64,000 nucleotides of DNA from Malacoraja senta (taxonomy: Eukaryota): assembly GCA_038087875.1 (NCBI GenBank), contig CM075997.1, positions 6,388,001 to 6,452,000 of the forward strand. The letters run 5' to 3'. The position numbers and the translations under genes are program-made. Each line of letters starts with the position of its first letter. The first letter of the stretch is position 1. Below the pieces are notes generated by a model, which worked only from the letters and a program-made list of their open reading frames with translations, was not told the origin of the DNA and made no database searches. This document shows, in pieces, positions 12,965-26,279 of this stretch.

Positions 12965-15773
12965 GGGAAGATGAAGGATATAAGGAATTGGAGACCCATC
13001 ACATTATTGAATGTCGATTACAAGATCCTGTCTAAGGCCAACGCCAACCGGGTCAAGTCTGCCCTGGGACGGGTGACCAAACCTGTGCTGTAATAGGCAG
13101 GAAAATCTCGGACAGCCTGATGCTGCTGAGCGATACCATTGCCTACGTGCAGGACAGACGGGTGGATGCCTGCCTAGTCAGCTTGGACCAGGAGAAGGCC
13201 TTCGGCAGGATATATGTGAGGTTATCCATTTTGGTGGCAAAAACAGGAAAGCAGACTATTTTCTAAATGGTGGCCGACTAGGAAAAGGGGAGATGCAGCG
13301 AGACCTGGGTGTCAGGTGCAGCAGGCAGTGAAGAAAGCGAATGGTATGTTAGCTTTCATAGCAAAAGGATTTGAGTATAGGAGCAGGGAGGTTCTACTGC
13401 AGTTGTACAGGGTCTTGGTGAGACCACACCTGGAGTATTGCGTATTGTTTTGGTCTCCAAATCTGAGGAAGGACATTATTGCCATAGAGGGAGTGCAGAG
13501 AAGGTTCACCAGACTGATTCCTGGGATGTCAGGACTGTCTTATGAAGAAAGACTGGATAGACTTGGTTTATACTCTCTAGAATTTAGGAGATTGAGAGGG
13601 GACCTTATAGAAACTTACAAAATTCTTAAGGGGTTGGACAGGCTAGATGCAGGAAGATTGCTCCCGATGTTGGGGAAGTCCAGGACAAGGGGTCACAGCT
13701 TAAGGATAAGGGGGAAATCCTTTAAAACCGAGATGAGAAGAACTTTTTTCACACAGAGAGTGGTGAATCTCTGGAACTCTCTGCCACAGAGGGTAGTCGA
13801 GGCCAGTTCATTGGCTATATTTAAGAGGGAGTTAGATGTGGCCCTTGTGGCTAAAGGGATCAGAGGGTATGGAGAGAAGGCAGGTACGGGATACTGAGTT
13901 GGATGATCAGCCATGATCATATTGAATGGCGGTGCAGGCTCGAAGGGCTGAATGGCCTACTCCTGCACCTAATTTCTATGTTTCTATGTTTCTATATCAC
14001 ACACGTACATAAGGGCCATGCTCTCCAAAATGGGTTTTGCGGAGGGAATCAGAAATTGGATCAAACTACTCTACATTGATATCTGTAGTGCAGTCCAAAT
14101 CAATAGGTGGGAATCAGACAGCTTCCCCGTCAGGTCTAGAGTCAGGCAGAGTTGCCCTCTCTCCCCTGTCTTGTTTGTCTGTTATATTGAACCTTTTGCC
14201 AAGTCCATCAGGAAGGACACGAGCATAAGAAGAGCGATATTGCCAGGCAGTGGGGACACTCAGGTCAAAACCTCCCTGTACATGGACAATGTCGCCGTCT
14301 TCTGCTCAGATTCAGGATCGGTCCGCAGATTGATCAGCATCTGTGACCAGTTTGAGGGCCACGGGAGCCAGGGTGAACCGCAGGAAGAGCGAGACCTTGC
14401 TCTTTGGCAACTGGCCCGACCGATCTTCCATCCCCTTCACCATCAAGCCTGATTTCTTGAAGGTGCTGGGGATCTGGTTCGTGGGGGCTGAGGCATGTGA
14501 CAAGAATTGGCTGGAGCGGATAGCCAAGGTGGGGAAGAAGCTGGAGCTGTGGAAGCAACACTCCCTCTCCATAACGGGAAACAATGTGGTCATCAGGTGT
14601 GAGGTGCTCTCGGGGCTACTGTACTTGGCGCAAGTGTGGCCTGTCCCTCCCTCCTACGCCACAGGGATCACCCGGGCCATTTTCCAGTTCATCTGGGGGT
14701 CGAGGATAGACCGGGTGCGACAATGCACAAGTCGGCAGACAAAGGGAGTAAAAGTGTACCCAACCTCACCCTGATGGCCACCTTCATGTGTGGGTGCATC
14801 AGGCGGAGTGTTGAGCCAAGGCACGTGGGCACCAAGTGTCACTACCTGCTGAGGTTCTACATGTCCCTGGTGTTGTGAAGGATGGGCCGGGCACAGATGC
14901 CACGCAATGTGCCAGTCAGCTGGACATTGCTGCCCCATCTGTCGTTTGTGGAAAGGTTCTTCTGGACCAACACCTTTGACCATTTGTCCATCGGGCAGAG
15001 GTCAGCACGGAACGTCCTGCAGGCACTGCAGGGAAAGGACCCCATGGATCCGGTGGTGTGGTTCCCAGAGCAGACTGCTCAGCTTGTCTGGCAAAATGCC
15101 TCATCGCCAGAACTCACCAACAAGCACCAAGACCTGGCTTGGCTGGCGGTGAGGGGAGCCCTCCCAGTCAGATCCTTCCTGCACTGTCGGAACCTCACTA
15201 CCAGCGCACGCTGCCCTCGGGATGGCTGATACAGAGAGGAGACGGTTGCCCACCTCTTTGCAGAGTGTGGATTCTGAACAGCTCCGTCACAGAGGACTCT
15301 GTGATTTATGGACTGTTCCCATGGATGCATTCTGAGACTGACATCGAGTGCTGCTGGAAGGTCATCAACTCAGTGAAAGACGCTCTTTGGTCTGTTTGAG
15401 TTTTGTTCACCACCCTGCAGAGCGAGATGTCCGTCAGGGAATGCTGCCGATTGGCCCGCTGCAGACTGCAGGAGTACGTCCTGAGGGACACACTGAAGCT
15501 CGGTGGGGGAGGACCACAGTCTAGGGCCCTTCCATTGCTGAACATGGGGGACAGGGTGTGGTGGAGACGCCCCTCAAAATAAGGGAAGGGATTCCACACC
15601 GGTGGGCCACATGAGTGCCAAGGGTGGGGGACAAATTCGTGAAATTTGAGCAATGTATGTAGACTATATTGAACAATTTGTATAGCCTCCGAAAATGTCA
15701 GATTAATTTTTTTGCACGGTTCATGTATTGTATATATTTATTACCTGAATAAAGTCTATTTTGAAATAAAAAA
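12965..15773 (+). mobile_element. Tx1/L1-clade LINE, 5'-truncated, degenerate
   Basis: NWRPITLLNVDYKILSK, SLDQEKAF, RQSCPLSP, LYMDN motifs; poly(A); GTACCCCGTTC TSD at 12853-12863 and 15775-15785. Confidence 0.9.
13214..13996 (+). mobile_element. CR1 LINE 3' portion inserted in Tx1
   Basis: LVRPHLEYC..WSP motif; (TTTCTATG)n tail. Confidence 0.93.
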
Positions 15774-15774
15774 G

Positions 15775-16820
15775 GTACCCCGTTCCTGCCTTCTTCCCAT
15801 ATCCCTTGATTCCGCTAGCCATAAGAGCTCTATCTAACTCTTTTGAATGCATCCAGTGAATCGGCCTCCACTGCCCTCTAAGGCAGAGAATTCCACAAAT
15901 TCACAACTCTCTGGGTGAAAAAGTTTTCCTCATCTCATTTCTGAATGGCCTACCCCTTATTCGTAAACTGTGGCCCCTGGCTCTAGACTCGCCCAACATC
16001 GGGAACATTCCTGCATGTCCAATCCCTGTAATTTTATATGTTTCTATAAAATCTCCTCTCACCCTTCTAAGTTCCAGTGAATACAAGCCCAGTCATTTCC
16101 GTTCTGACAGTCCCGCCATCCCGGGAATTAACCTGGTGAACCTACGCTGCACTCCCTCAATAGCAAGAATGATCTTCCTCAAATTAGGAGACCAAAACTG
16201 CACACAGTACTCCAGGTGTGGTTCAACTGCAGAAGGACCTGTTTGTTCCTATACGCAAATCCTCTCATTATGAAAGCCAACATGCCATTAGCTCTCTTCA
16301 CTGCCTGCTATACCTGCATGCTTACTATCAGTGACCGATGTACAAGGATACCCAGGTCTCGTTGCACTTCCCCTTTTTCTAATCTGACACCATTCAGATA
16401 ATAATCTGCCTTCTTGTTCTTGCCACCAAAGTGGATAACCTCTCATTTATCCACATTATATTGCATCTACTCAGACACCCTGCATCCTCATAGCATCCTC
16501 TCACACTGTTCACAGCCACCCAGCTTTGTGTCATCTGAAAATTTGCTAATGTTACTTTTAATTCCTTCATCTAAATCATTAAAATATATTGTAAACAGCT
16601 GCAGTCCCAGCACCGAGCCTGCGGCACCCCACTAGTCACTGCCTGCCATTCTGAAAGGGACCCGTTAATTCCTATGCCTTGTTTTCTGTGTGCCAACTGA
16701 TTTTCTATCCATGTCAATATCCTACCCGCAACACCATGTGCTCTAATTTTGCCCACTAATCTCTTGTGTGGGACCTTATCAAAGGCTTTCTGAAAGTCCA
16801 GATACAGTATATCCACTGTC
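15775..16820 (-). mobile_element. Older CR1 LINE, host of the Tx1 insertion; its 3' piece is at 12821-12863
   Basis: LDFQKAFDKVPH and SGVPQ motifs; sequence continuity across the TSD. Confidence 0.88.
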
Positions 16821-19800
16821 CATTAGAAGATGCCGGTGACAATCATTGTTGCTTCCTCACCCCACAGCACGACAGAGTCCTTGGTTTACCTGTAGTTCTA
16901 GTCTCCCTGTACGTGTTTTTCCTGGACAATGAGCAGTGAAACTAGACCCATCCAGCAAGAAATATCACCCCAGTGAATGGATATCACCCCAGGAGGCCAC
17001 ATGGGTGGCTAGGGTGCCGGTATATTAAGGGTTTTTGGAAGCACTGTGAAATGTAACGGTAACAAATGTATGTGTAGCCGCGGAGAATGTCAGAGAAATT
17101 CAGCCTAGTTCTTTTTTTTAATTTAATTTTTTAATTTAAAAAATATATATTTTAATTAGAAGTCATATACAGTAGTATAAACCAAGAATAATATAATACA
17201 TTTCATGTACAACTTCTTGTTTTTAAATTTAATAATAAAAAAGTAGTAGAAGCAAAAAGAGAGAAAAAGAAGGTTAGGTAAGGTGGTGAAAGTGATAGTT
17301 CGTGAAAAAGTACAAGAAAAAGAGAAAAAAAAGAAAGAGAAAAGAAAAAACAAAAAAAAGGAAAAACAAAAAAACAAAAAAAGATAAAAGTGATATACCT
17401 GCTTCGTATCTTTGCGCACCCCTCACCCGGTTCTGAAACAGTTAATATCCAGGGTTATGTTGCACCATATGCTTGTAATAAATCGATAAAGGGAGACCAA
17501 ATCTTTAAGAATTGGTCTGATTTGCCTGCTAGGACGAATCTCATATCTTCTAGGTGTAACATTTCAGGCATATTTGAAATCCACATTTTAAGCGTTGGTG
17601 TTGGTGCATTTTTCCAAAATTTTAATATACGTTTTTTTGCCGTCATTAAGCCATGGTTAAGAAAACTCTTTTGGAACGGAGTCAGCTCAAGGCCGATCTC
17701 CATTGTTCCAAAGATAATCAGTTCTGCGTTGGGGTTCAATTTTATTTTAAATACTTTTGTAAAAATTTTGATGTTGCATCTTGCATTATAGTTGCATCTT
17801 GAGATGAGCATTTATCGCAGATGGGAGACACATTTGGAAAAAATTTATTCAGTTTAGTTTTTGAGTAATATAATCTATGTAAAATTTTGAATTGAATTAA
17901 GGTGTCTTACATTAATCGAACATTTATGTACATATAGCAAATATTTATCCCATCGGTCTTTCGAGATATTTATAGATAGTTCTTGTTCCCTATCTCTTGT
18001 AATTGCATCAGACGGTGGTATCTCTATGTTTAAAATGATATTATACAAATATGATATTAAATTAGTTGAGTCCGCCTTTCTGTTCATAGCTTCATCTAAT
18101 ATATCTGAAGTCAAAGTTTTATGTTCTTGTGTATTTTTTTTCAAGTAGTCACGGATTTGAAGGTATTTAAAGTATTGATTACTTCTCAGGTTGTATTTAA
18201 GTTGTAGTTGTTGGAATGATAAAAGGTTTCCCATTTCATACATATCTCCAAACGATTTAATTCCTATTCTTTCCCAATGTGGTAACGTTTTGTCGACAAT
18301 AGATGGTTTAAACGACGGATTATTAACAATAGGAGAGAGAAGCGATAGATTTCTTAATTTGAAAGTTAATTTTATTTGTTTCCAAGATCGTATTGTACTA
18401 TGAATAATTGGATTTTTCTTGTATATTGTATTATTCAGTTTTATCGGTGAAAGAAGGATCGCTCCTATATTAAAAGGAGAGCAAACCTCTCTCTCCATTA
18501 CTATCCAATCTACCTGTTGGGCAGAATTGTCCAACAAGTAAATTACATTTTTGATATTCGTTGCCCAGTGATAGTACAAAAAATTGGGTAGTGTCAGTCC
18601 TCCGAATTCTTTGGGTTTACACAGGTGTCTTCTTTGAATTCTGTGGGACTTATAGTCCCATATGAAATTTGTGGTATCAGAGTCGAGTTAAAAAAAAAAA
18701 TTTAGGTAAATATATTGGTATTGATTGAAATAAATATAAGATTTGTGGCAAAAAAAATCATTTTTATGGCATTTATTCTGCCTATTAAAGACATCGGTAG
18801 TGTTTTCCAAAATTTAATCAAAGCATTTAATTTAGTAAGTAAGGGCATATAGTTTGCATTGAATAATGATTTATATTTTCTGGTAATTTGGATACCCAGA
18901 TATTTAAATTTTTCTGTAGCAATTCTAAAGGGGAATTTTAAAAGGTATGTCGGTTCTTGAGGTTTTATCGTCATCATTTCGCTTTTATTCCAATTTATTC
19001 TGTATCCTGAGAAGGATCCAAAGTCCTCTATTAAATTTAATATATTTGGTATGCTGATTTGAGATTTTGTAATATATAATAATACGTCATCTGGATATAG
19101 TGATATTTTATTATTTGAATGTTTTGTATTATAACCATGGATGTTCGGATGCGTTCTTATACTTTCTGCTAAGAGTTCTATCACAAGAGCGAATAGCACA
19201 TCCCTGTCAATTGCCCCTGGATAGTTGAAATTTCAGAGAGAGTATATTATTGGTCAGTATTCTAGCAGTCGGCTTGTCATATAATAATTGTACCCATAAA
19301 ATAAAATTCTCTCCCATTTGAAATTTTTGCAATACTTTGAAGAGATAGTCCCATTCCACCTGGTCGAATGCTTTTTCTGCATCCAATGAAATAATTGATA
19401 AGTCTTCCTCTTCAGTATTATATGAATACATTATATTAAACAGACGTCTCAAATTATTGAATGAGTGTCTCTTGGGTATAAACCCCATTTGATCCACATT
19501 TATTAATTTATTAACGTATTTGCTCAATCTTCTTGCTAGAGTTTTCTCTTGTATTTTCTGATCTGTGTTTAACAATGCAATGGCTCTATATGAACCGGGA
19601 TCTTCTAGATCTTTATCTTTTTTCGGTATGAGTGTAATAGTTGATTCCGCTAATGTTTCTGGTAGTGTTTGTTCTCTAAAAGCGTATGTGTACAAATTTT
19701 GTAGACGTGGTGAGATTGTCTCGTAGGATCTTTTATAAAATTCGTTACTAAATCCATCTGGTCCTGGCGTTTTACCATTCTTCAGTGAGTTTATTGTCTC

Positions 19801-20135
19801 TTCTATTTCTTTAATTGAGACCTGGGCTCCTACTTCCTCTTGTTCCCACAGATTAAGTTTTGGGAGGTTACAATTATCCAAGAAATTAAATTTTGATAAA
19901 ATTGAGCAAATCTTTTATTAATTTCTTTAGGTAATGTTAACAATTCGCCTTTATCTGATTTAATTTTTGATATCGTATGATCCTTTCCCTTTTTTTTCAG
20001 TTGACGTGCCAAGAGTTTATGTGGTTTATCGCTGAATTCAAAGTTTTCCTGTTTTGTAATTTGAAATAGTCTTATAACGCTTGCAGATAAGATTCTGTTT
20101 AATTTAAATTTCAATATACTCTGCCTCTGTGAATG

Positions 20136-21800
20136 TACAATACAATTTATTTGTCTTTACAATACAATTTATTTGTCTTTTGGACAAATTTGTCATTTGG
20201 AGCCTGTTGAGGTCCAAACGAAATGTCGTTTCTGCAGCCATACATTACAAAACGAAGAAGACCCGAGACACAACACAATTTACACATACATCCATCACAG
20301 CGCTGTGATGGAAGGCAAAAAAAAAACGTATCTGTCCACTGCACTCCCCCCCCCCCGATGTCAGAGTCAAAGTCAAAGCCCCCGGTGGGCGATGGTGATT
20401 ATCCCGCGACCATTAAAGCCATGCCGGTTAATGCAAGATCTTGGTGTTAGAGCCCCGGCGTGCGCCCGCAAAGTCCGGCGGCCATTCCAAGCCGCGCGGG
20501 GGGATGATGCAAAGCCCCGCTCCAGGTGCTCTTCAATCCCGCAACTCGGGCGGGAGAAGTCACCGCTGCGGAAGCCCCGAAAAGCGGTCTCCCACCAGGG
20601 GACCCGCGGGCTTCCGGTTTTGCCGTCCGTCAGACCCGCGGTTGTAGCCTCCGAATCTCCGGTGGTCATAGATACATAGATACATAGAAAATAGGTGCAG
20701 GAGTAGGCCATTCGGCCCTTCGAGCCTGCACCGCCATTCGATATGATCATGGCTGATCATCCAACTCAGTATCCCGTACCTGCCTTCTCTCCATACCCCC
20801 TGATCCCTTTAGCCACAAGGGCCACATCTAACTCCCTCTTAAATATAGCCAATGAACTGGCCTCAACTACCCTCTGTGGCAGAGAGTTCCAGAGATTCAC
20901 CACTCTGTGTGAAAAAGTTTTTCCTCATCTCGGTCTTAAAAGATTTCCCCCTTATCCTTAAGATGTGACCCCTTGTCCTGGACTTCCCCAACATCGGGAA
21001 CAATCTTCCTGCATCTAGCCTGTCCAACCCCATAAGAATTTTGTACGTTTCTATAAGATCCCGTCTCAATCTCCTAAATTCTAGCGAGTATAAGCGAAGT
21101 CTATCCAGTCTTTCTTCATATGAAAGTCCTGACATCCCAGGAATCAGTCTGGTGAACCTTCTCTGCACTCCCTCTATGGCTATAATGTCCGTCCTCAGAT
21201 TTGGAGACCAAAACTGTACCCAATACTCCAGGTGTGGTCTCACCAAGACCCTGTACAACTGCAGTAGAACCTCCCTGCTCCTATACTTAAATCCTCTTGC
21301 TATGAAGGCCAACATACCATTCGCTTTCTTCACTGCCTGCTGCACCTGCATGCCTACTTTCAATGACTGGTGTACCATGACACCCAGGTCTCGCTGCATC
21401 TCCCCATTTCCTAATCGGCCACCATTTAGATAATAGTCTGCCTTCCCGTTTTTGCCACCAAAGTGGATAACCTCACATTTATCCACATTATACTGCATCT
21501 GCCAAACATTTGCCCACTCACCCAGCCTATCCAAGTCACCTTGCAGTCTCCTAGCATCCTCCTCACAGCTAACACTGCCCCCCTGCGGGTCGGGTAGCAG
21601 CAGCGATTGTTTCCACCACAGCTCCACCCGCTCCGGACTCGGCCAGCCCCGCGACGGTGAGTAGTCCGCAGCTCCGCAACTGGAGCCCCAGGTCGTTCCT
21701 GCTGGAGGCCGCTCCACGTTGCCCAGCCCCAACGACAACGGAGACTCGACAAAGAAAAGGTCGGGTGTCCCGTGCAGGGGAAAGATTTTAAAGTTCTTAA
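20136..21800 (-). repeat. GC-rich unclassified non-autonomous retroposon inserted in L1 and split by CR1
   Basis: (ATTGT)n-like tail after AATAAA on minus strand; sharp GC contrast with the AT-rich L1. Confidence 0.5.
20671..21582 (-). mobile_element. CR1 LINE 3' portion
   Basis: Near-identical to 13214-13996 and to the 3' part of 43887-48030. Confidence 0.93.
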
Positions 21801-22519
21801 AAGATTCCCATAATAAAGAGGGTGAGATGCCTGGCGTGTCGTTAGTCTAAAAAAAACATTCCATCAGTTGTTTTAGATATATACCACCTTGTGGATCGTT
21901 TAAAATTTGGGGATTAAACCTCCAAAACGATTTTTTATTGGGCATTTCTTCTATTTTTAAGAAAAAGGTTAACGGAGAGTGATCAGAAATGATACTATTA
22001 TGATATTTAGGATTCATTGTATAAGGAATTAATTTCGTGTCCACTAAAAAATAATCAATACGTGAGTACGTTTTATGTACCATTGAGTAAAAAGAGTATT
22101 CCCTTCCAACTGGATTAGCGATCCTCCATACGTCTGTTATATTTGTATTTTTTATATATTTATTTAGGAGTTCACTGGCTTTTGATTTTATGTTAAGCCT
22201 CTTTAGTTGTGTAGATTTATCCAGGTATTGATCTAAAACGCAATTGAAATCTCCCCCCATTATTACATTTTGATAATTAAACTCTGAAATTATATTCAGT
22301 ATTTTGTTAAAAAATTGAGGATTATCAAAATTAGGCGCATATATATTTACCATAGTAAGTGGTGTAGAGTTGATTTCTCCTGTAACTATAAGATATCTCC
22401 CCTCTTTATCTGATATGATATTCTTTGATTTAAATGGTTCTTGTGTACATATTTTTTATCCTGAATAAAGTTTGGTTTGTTTAAATTTAACTAGAAGGGT
22501 CTGTGGCCTGCAGGTTGGA

Positions 22520-23260
22520 AAGAATGCTGAAAAGATTCAGCAGGATGTTGCCAAGACTTGCGGGCTTGAATTATAGGAAGGGCAGGATAAGATAGGATTT
22601 CTTTCAATTGGAACTTAGGAGGCCAAGGGATGATCTTATTGATGAATACAACATCATGAAGCACATGGATCAAGTTATCGTTTACAATCTTTTCCCCAGG
22701 GTAGAGGATTCTGAAACTAGCGGAGATAGGACAAAGAGAGAGATATTTAAGAGGGACGTCATGGGCAACATTTTCACTCAGAAGGTGAACCTTTTCAGGA
22801 ATGAGCTGCCGCAGGAATCTATAGAAGTGGATCCAATTATGACTTTTTAAAGATATTTCCCAGATATATGAACAATTAGGATTTAGAAAGCTGGGGACAT
22901 AATAAACTTGCCTATTATGCAAACTTGGTCGGCATGGTCATGGTGGGCCGAAGGGTCCATTTCTGTGTTGTGCAGCTCTACAACTCTACAAATGTTATTT
23001 GTTAAATGTATCTAAAAAAATGTCTTCATTAATATGCAGAGGGCCCTACTATAGTGTGTGTAACATTGAACCTTTTTGATAACAAGATAGGGCACGTGGC
23101 TGAAGTTTCAATGGGGCAGCACTAGGACCAGTAACCATAATGCGATTCGTTTTAAAGTCGATGTGGAGAAGGATAGTTACCTTACCATAGGTGCACAAGT
23201 TAAAGTTGTAAATTGGGGCAACAGCGCTGAATAGGGGAGCATCTGTTTAGGTACAAAAGG
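22520..23260 (+). mobile_element. Old CR1 fragments
   Basis: Degenerate LELRR..DLI and NIFTQKV motifs. Confidence 0.6.
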
Positions 23261-23429
23261 GAAACCATTGGGCAAGGTCCAAATCTGTTCAGTATTCTGA
23301 AATTCCAATAAGTGGCACCAACTCTGTTGTTGTTTTGGAGCAATTTTCTAGGAGTCCCTTAACACATCTGTTGGGATTCCAAGGGAAATTATTAGAAGGG
23401 AAGGGGAAGAGTGGGCCACACAGGACCAC

Positions 23430-24540
23430 ATGGAAGCATTTTTGGCTGCCTTATCAGCCACAGCATTGCTTTTGAGACCGGATCTGTGGCACCTTTATGG
23501 GTGGCTTTATCACAGCTGTTTGTTCAGGCTCTCGTAGAGCTGAGAGAATGGCATCAACAAAAGGACCATTAGGTATGTGGGTTCCTGCAGAAGTGAGGTG
23601 ACCCCTCAGTTTCCCCAGCGTGCCATAATCATGCACTACCCCAAAAGCATATCGAGAGGCCGTCTAAATGCTCGCATACAACCTTTGGCTAAAAGATAAA
23701 TGCTGGTTTAAGCATGTAACTCGGTCTGCTTTGCTGAGTAATGAAGGGGCACGGAAACGTAGCACTGGGTACAAGCAGCATACGCTGAAACAGAATTACC
23801 CTTATAATCTCAGGATGCCATTTCGTCAACAAAGTATTCCAGGTCAACATTCACAATGGAGATCACTAAGAGGCCTGGGCGAGGACTGGCTTTGACTGCG
23901 ACAGCCTCAGGACAATCATCAGGGTCTCTATCATGTTGAGTAAGGAGGGGAAAGGCTGGGTTCAATGGTGGACATCTTTCAATAGTAATATGGCCATTTC
24001 CCAAATGGTAATAGCTCTTTATGAGTTAACTGAGCCTTGGTAATACGTTGTGTTTGATCCACCCCTGGTCTAGCTTCTCTCTTAACTGTTTGCATCCCCC
24101 AGTGAGTAAATGGAGCAATGTATTGGTATTGAGCAATAAGTGGACAGCATGAGGGAGCTCTAGGGTTAAGGGAGTCCTGAGAACTACACCAGTGGTTGAT
24201 TCCAAGGCTTCTGCTGTGGCAACCACTGCTTTCACACACATAGGTAACCCATGGGCCACCAGATCAAGATGGGAACTATAATAGGCTATAGGTCGCTGGA
24301 CATTGGTCAATCAGTACTGAACATTAAATTTCATTTTGAGATTAGGGTAGGGGTGTTGTGAAATCTACCTGTGTATGGTGATCTGCAGGCTATATATATT
24401 CTCCTGTTTGGCACATCAACTATCTGATACTGTCCTTACCTTACCTGCTTGTAAGAGTCACACTGTATAATGGGGAGAGTGTCAAATTATAGTCCCCCTC
24501 AGCGTGGTAGGATCTGAGACTTCCACTGAGAATGTTCTGA
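23430..24540 (-). mobile_element. Endogenous retrovirus pol remnant (class I, gamma/epsilon-like; tether and RNase H)
   Basis: RPIAYYSSHLDLVAHGLPMCVKAV, CPPLNPA, FVD, HDYGTL..RG.LTSAG motifs. Confidence 0.8.
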
Positions 24541-24874
24541 CTCATCATGCAACGGTGAAAGCAACAGGTGTCCTAAATTTTCTGAGGTGCAACTTTCATA
24601 ATTGTTCAACTTCTGTCAAGGAGAAGCTATACTTTACCCTCGTTAGACCTCATTTGGACTATGCAGTTGCAGCATGGGACCCATACACAAATAAAAACAT
24701 TTCTACCATCGAACGTGTCCAAAGACAGGCAGCTCGATTTGTTACTAACACCTATGAGAGAGAAGCGAGTGTTACCAAACCTGAATTCTCTGGGGTGGAA
24801 CCCTCTCCAAGACAGACGTGAAGCTCACCGTTTGACCTGTTTTTACAAAATGTTAAATGGTCAGCTCGACACAG
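24541..24874 (+). mobile_element. CR1-clade LINE 3' fragment split by DIRS; continues at 29650-29937
   Basis: LVRPHLDYAVAAWDP..ERVQRQAARFV; (AAGAACC)n tail at 29915-29937. Confidence 0.8.
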
Positions 24875-25081
24875 ATTTTACTTCGGAGTCACGTGAGTGA
24901 CTACGTGAAGAAGACCCCGTCCAGCCGCACGCGTGTCATTACGTCAGACGCATGGCGCAGCGACCGGTTGGAGTAGCAGAGCTCCTCCAGCGGCAAGTTT
25001 AAAACCCTCGAGGTAAATGCTAAACTTAGTTTGGAGGTTGCTTTCTGTTGGTACGCTTGGTTTTCAGGGCGATATTACAAA

Positions 25082-26200
25082 ATGCAGAAAGCTACGAAAG
25101 TGAAGGCGAGGCGACCCGCTAGTAAAAGCTTGGAGTGCGGGTAGCGGGTGCCCGCCTAGCTCACCTATACCGTCGTTAACAGGGGGCTAGCGACTGCAGA
25201 CACGTTGCCTGTGAGCAGTGTCGCCGCGCTGGTGGGGCGTAAGGATACTTCGAAGTCTGCTAGGCCCATTGAATCCGAGTCGGGCCAGGAGGATTCACCT
25301 CCGCAAGGGGAGACCGTTTTTACACGGCTATCCCAGATCGAGCTCTTGATGGAGAGGATGCTCGAGAAGGATGCACTCCGGGAGGAGGAGTGGTGTCCAC
25401 GCCGGGCTGTTGGAGAGCCTGTGCTAGCAGCGCCTGGAATAGGGCTGCTTAATCGCTCCCTCATGGAGGAGAGCTTGACGGGTCATGGGTATACTGACAC
25501 CGAATCAGTGGGTGAACAGAGCCAAAGGGGTGAGGGGCATGAGGTTACAATACCTAATTTGGCTGCAAAATTTGCTGTTCCCATAGAAGCAGGGGAGCCA
25601 TTGGGGAGGAGTTGTCCAAACTATTAATTATTTGCTCTCCCATCAGCTCCAAGAGCTGACAATGGATGACACTGCAAAGAAGTATGAAACCCCGGTTAAC
25701 TGTGGCTTATTGAAGGTGCCGGTGGTTAACCATGTTATATGGGGCCAAATGGGGATTGCAGTTCGGGCACAAGAGTTAAAACTCCAGCGGGTGCTGAAGT
25801 TGCTTGCTGCAGGCATTACTGTGTTCGCCAGAAGGGTGGACGAGGGGCACCTGTCTGAAGCACAACAGGATGCTTTGGGGCTTCTGTGCAGTGCACATTT
25901 TGAGGTGAACTGTTTAAGAAAGAGTGCCATACGCCCAACTATTCACCCTAAGTTTGCAGCGCTCTGCAAGCCTAGCAATGTTCAATTGCCTAATCTGCTG
26001 TTTGGGGAGGCCCTCGCAAAACGAGTAAAAGAGCTTGATGATGAGGCGAAAACTGTGGGGTTAATAAAAGCGCAGCAAAATGGGTCGGACGCAAATCCCC
26101 TATCGACGGGGTGCAATGACTGGGGCTGGTGAAGGGACGAGCCGTTCATTCCCGAACATACGCAGCTGGCACCCTGCCACAGGCACACGGGCAAGGATGA
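25082..26200 (+). pseudogene. DIRS gag-like ORF1, disrupted
   Basis: Position upstream of RT; P.NC..LKVP.VN..IW and LLFG motifs. Confidence 0.7.
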
Positions 26201-26279
26201 ATTTTCCCACGAGGAACAGGGGGCAACAAGTTCCATCGTTAAACGTTCAGGTAAGTGGTTTTGCTCCTGATAGAAACAA

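Larger units (their letters stand above)
17112..22440 (-). mobile_element. L1 LINE ORF2 remnant (APE + RT), interrupted
   Basis: APE motifs NIYAPN, GGDFN, YSRIDY, SDHSP; RT KTPGPDGF, LDAEKAFD; A-rich tail on minus strand near 17112. Confidence 0.92.

Noticed and set aside
17156..17419. Phe-rich hydrophobic ORF
   Set aside because: T-rich L1 3' UTR low-complexity sequence
20863..21738. 291-aa ORF suggesting a novel fusion protein
   Set aside because: Chance read-through from flanking repeat into a 5'-truncated CR1
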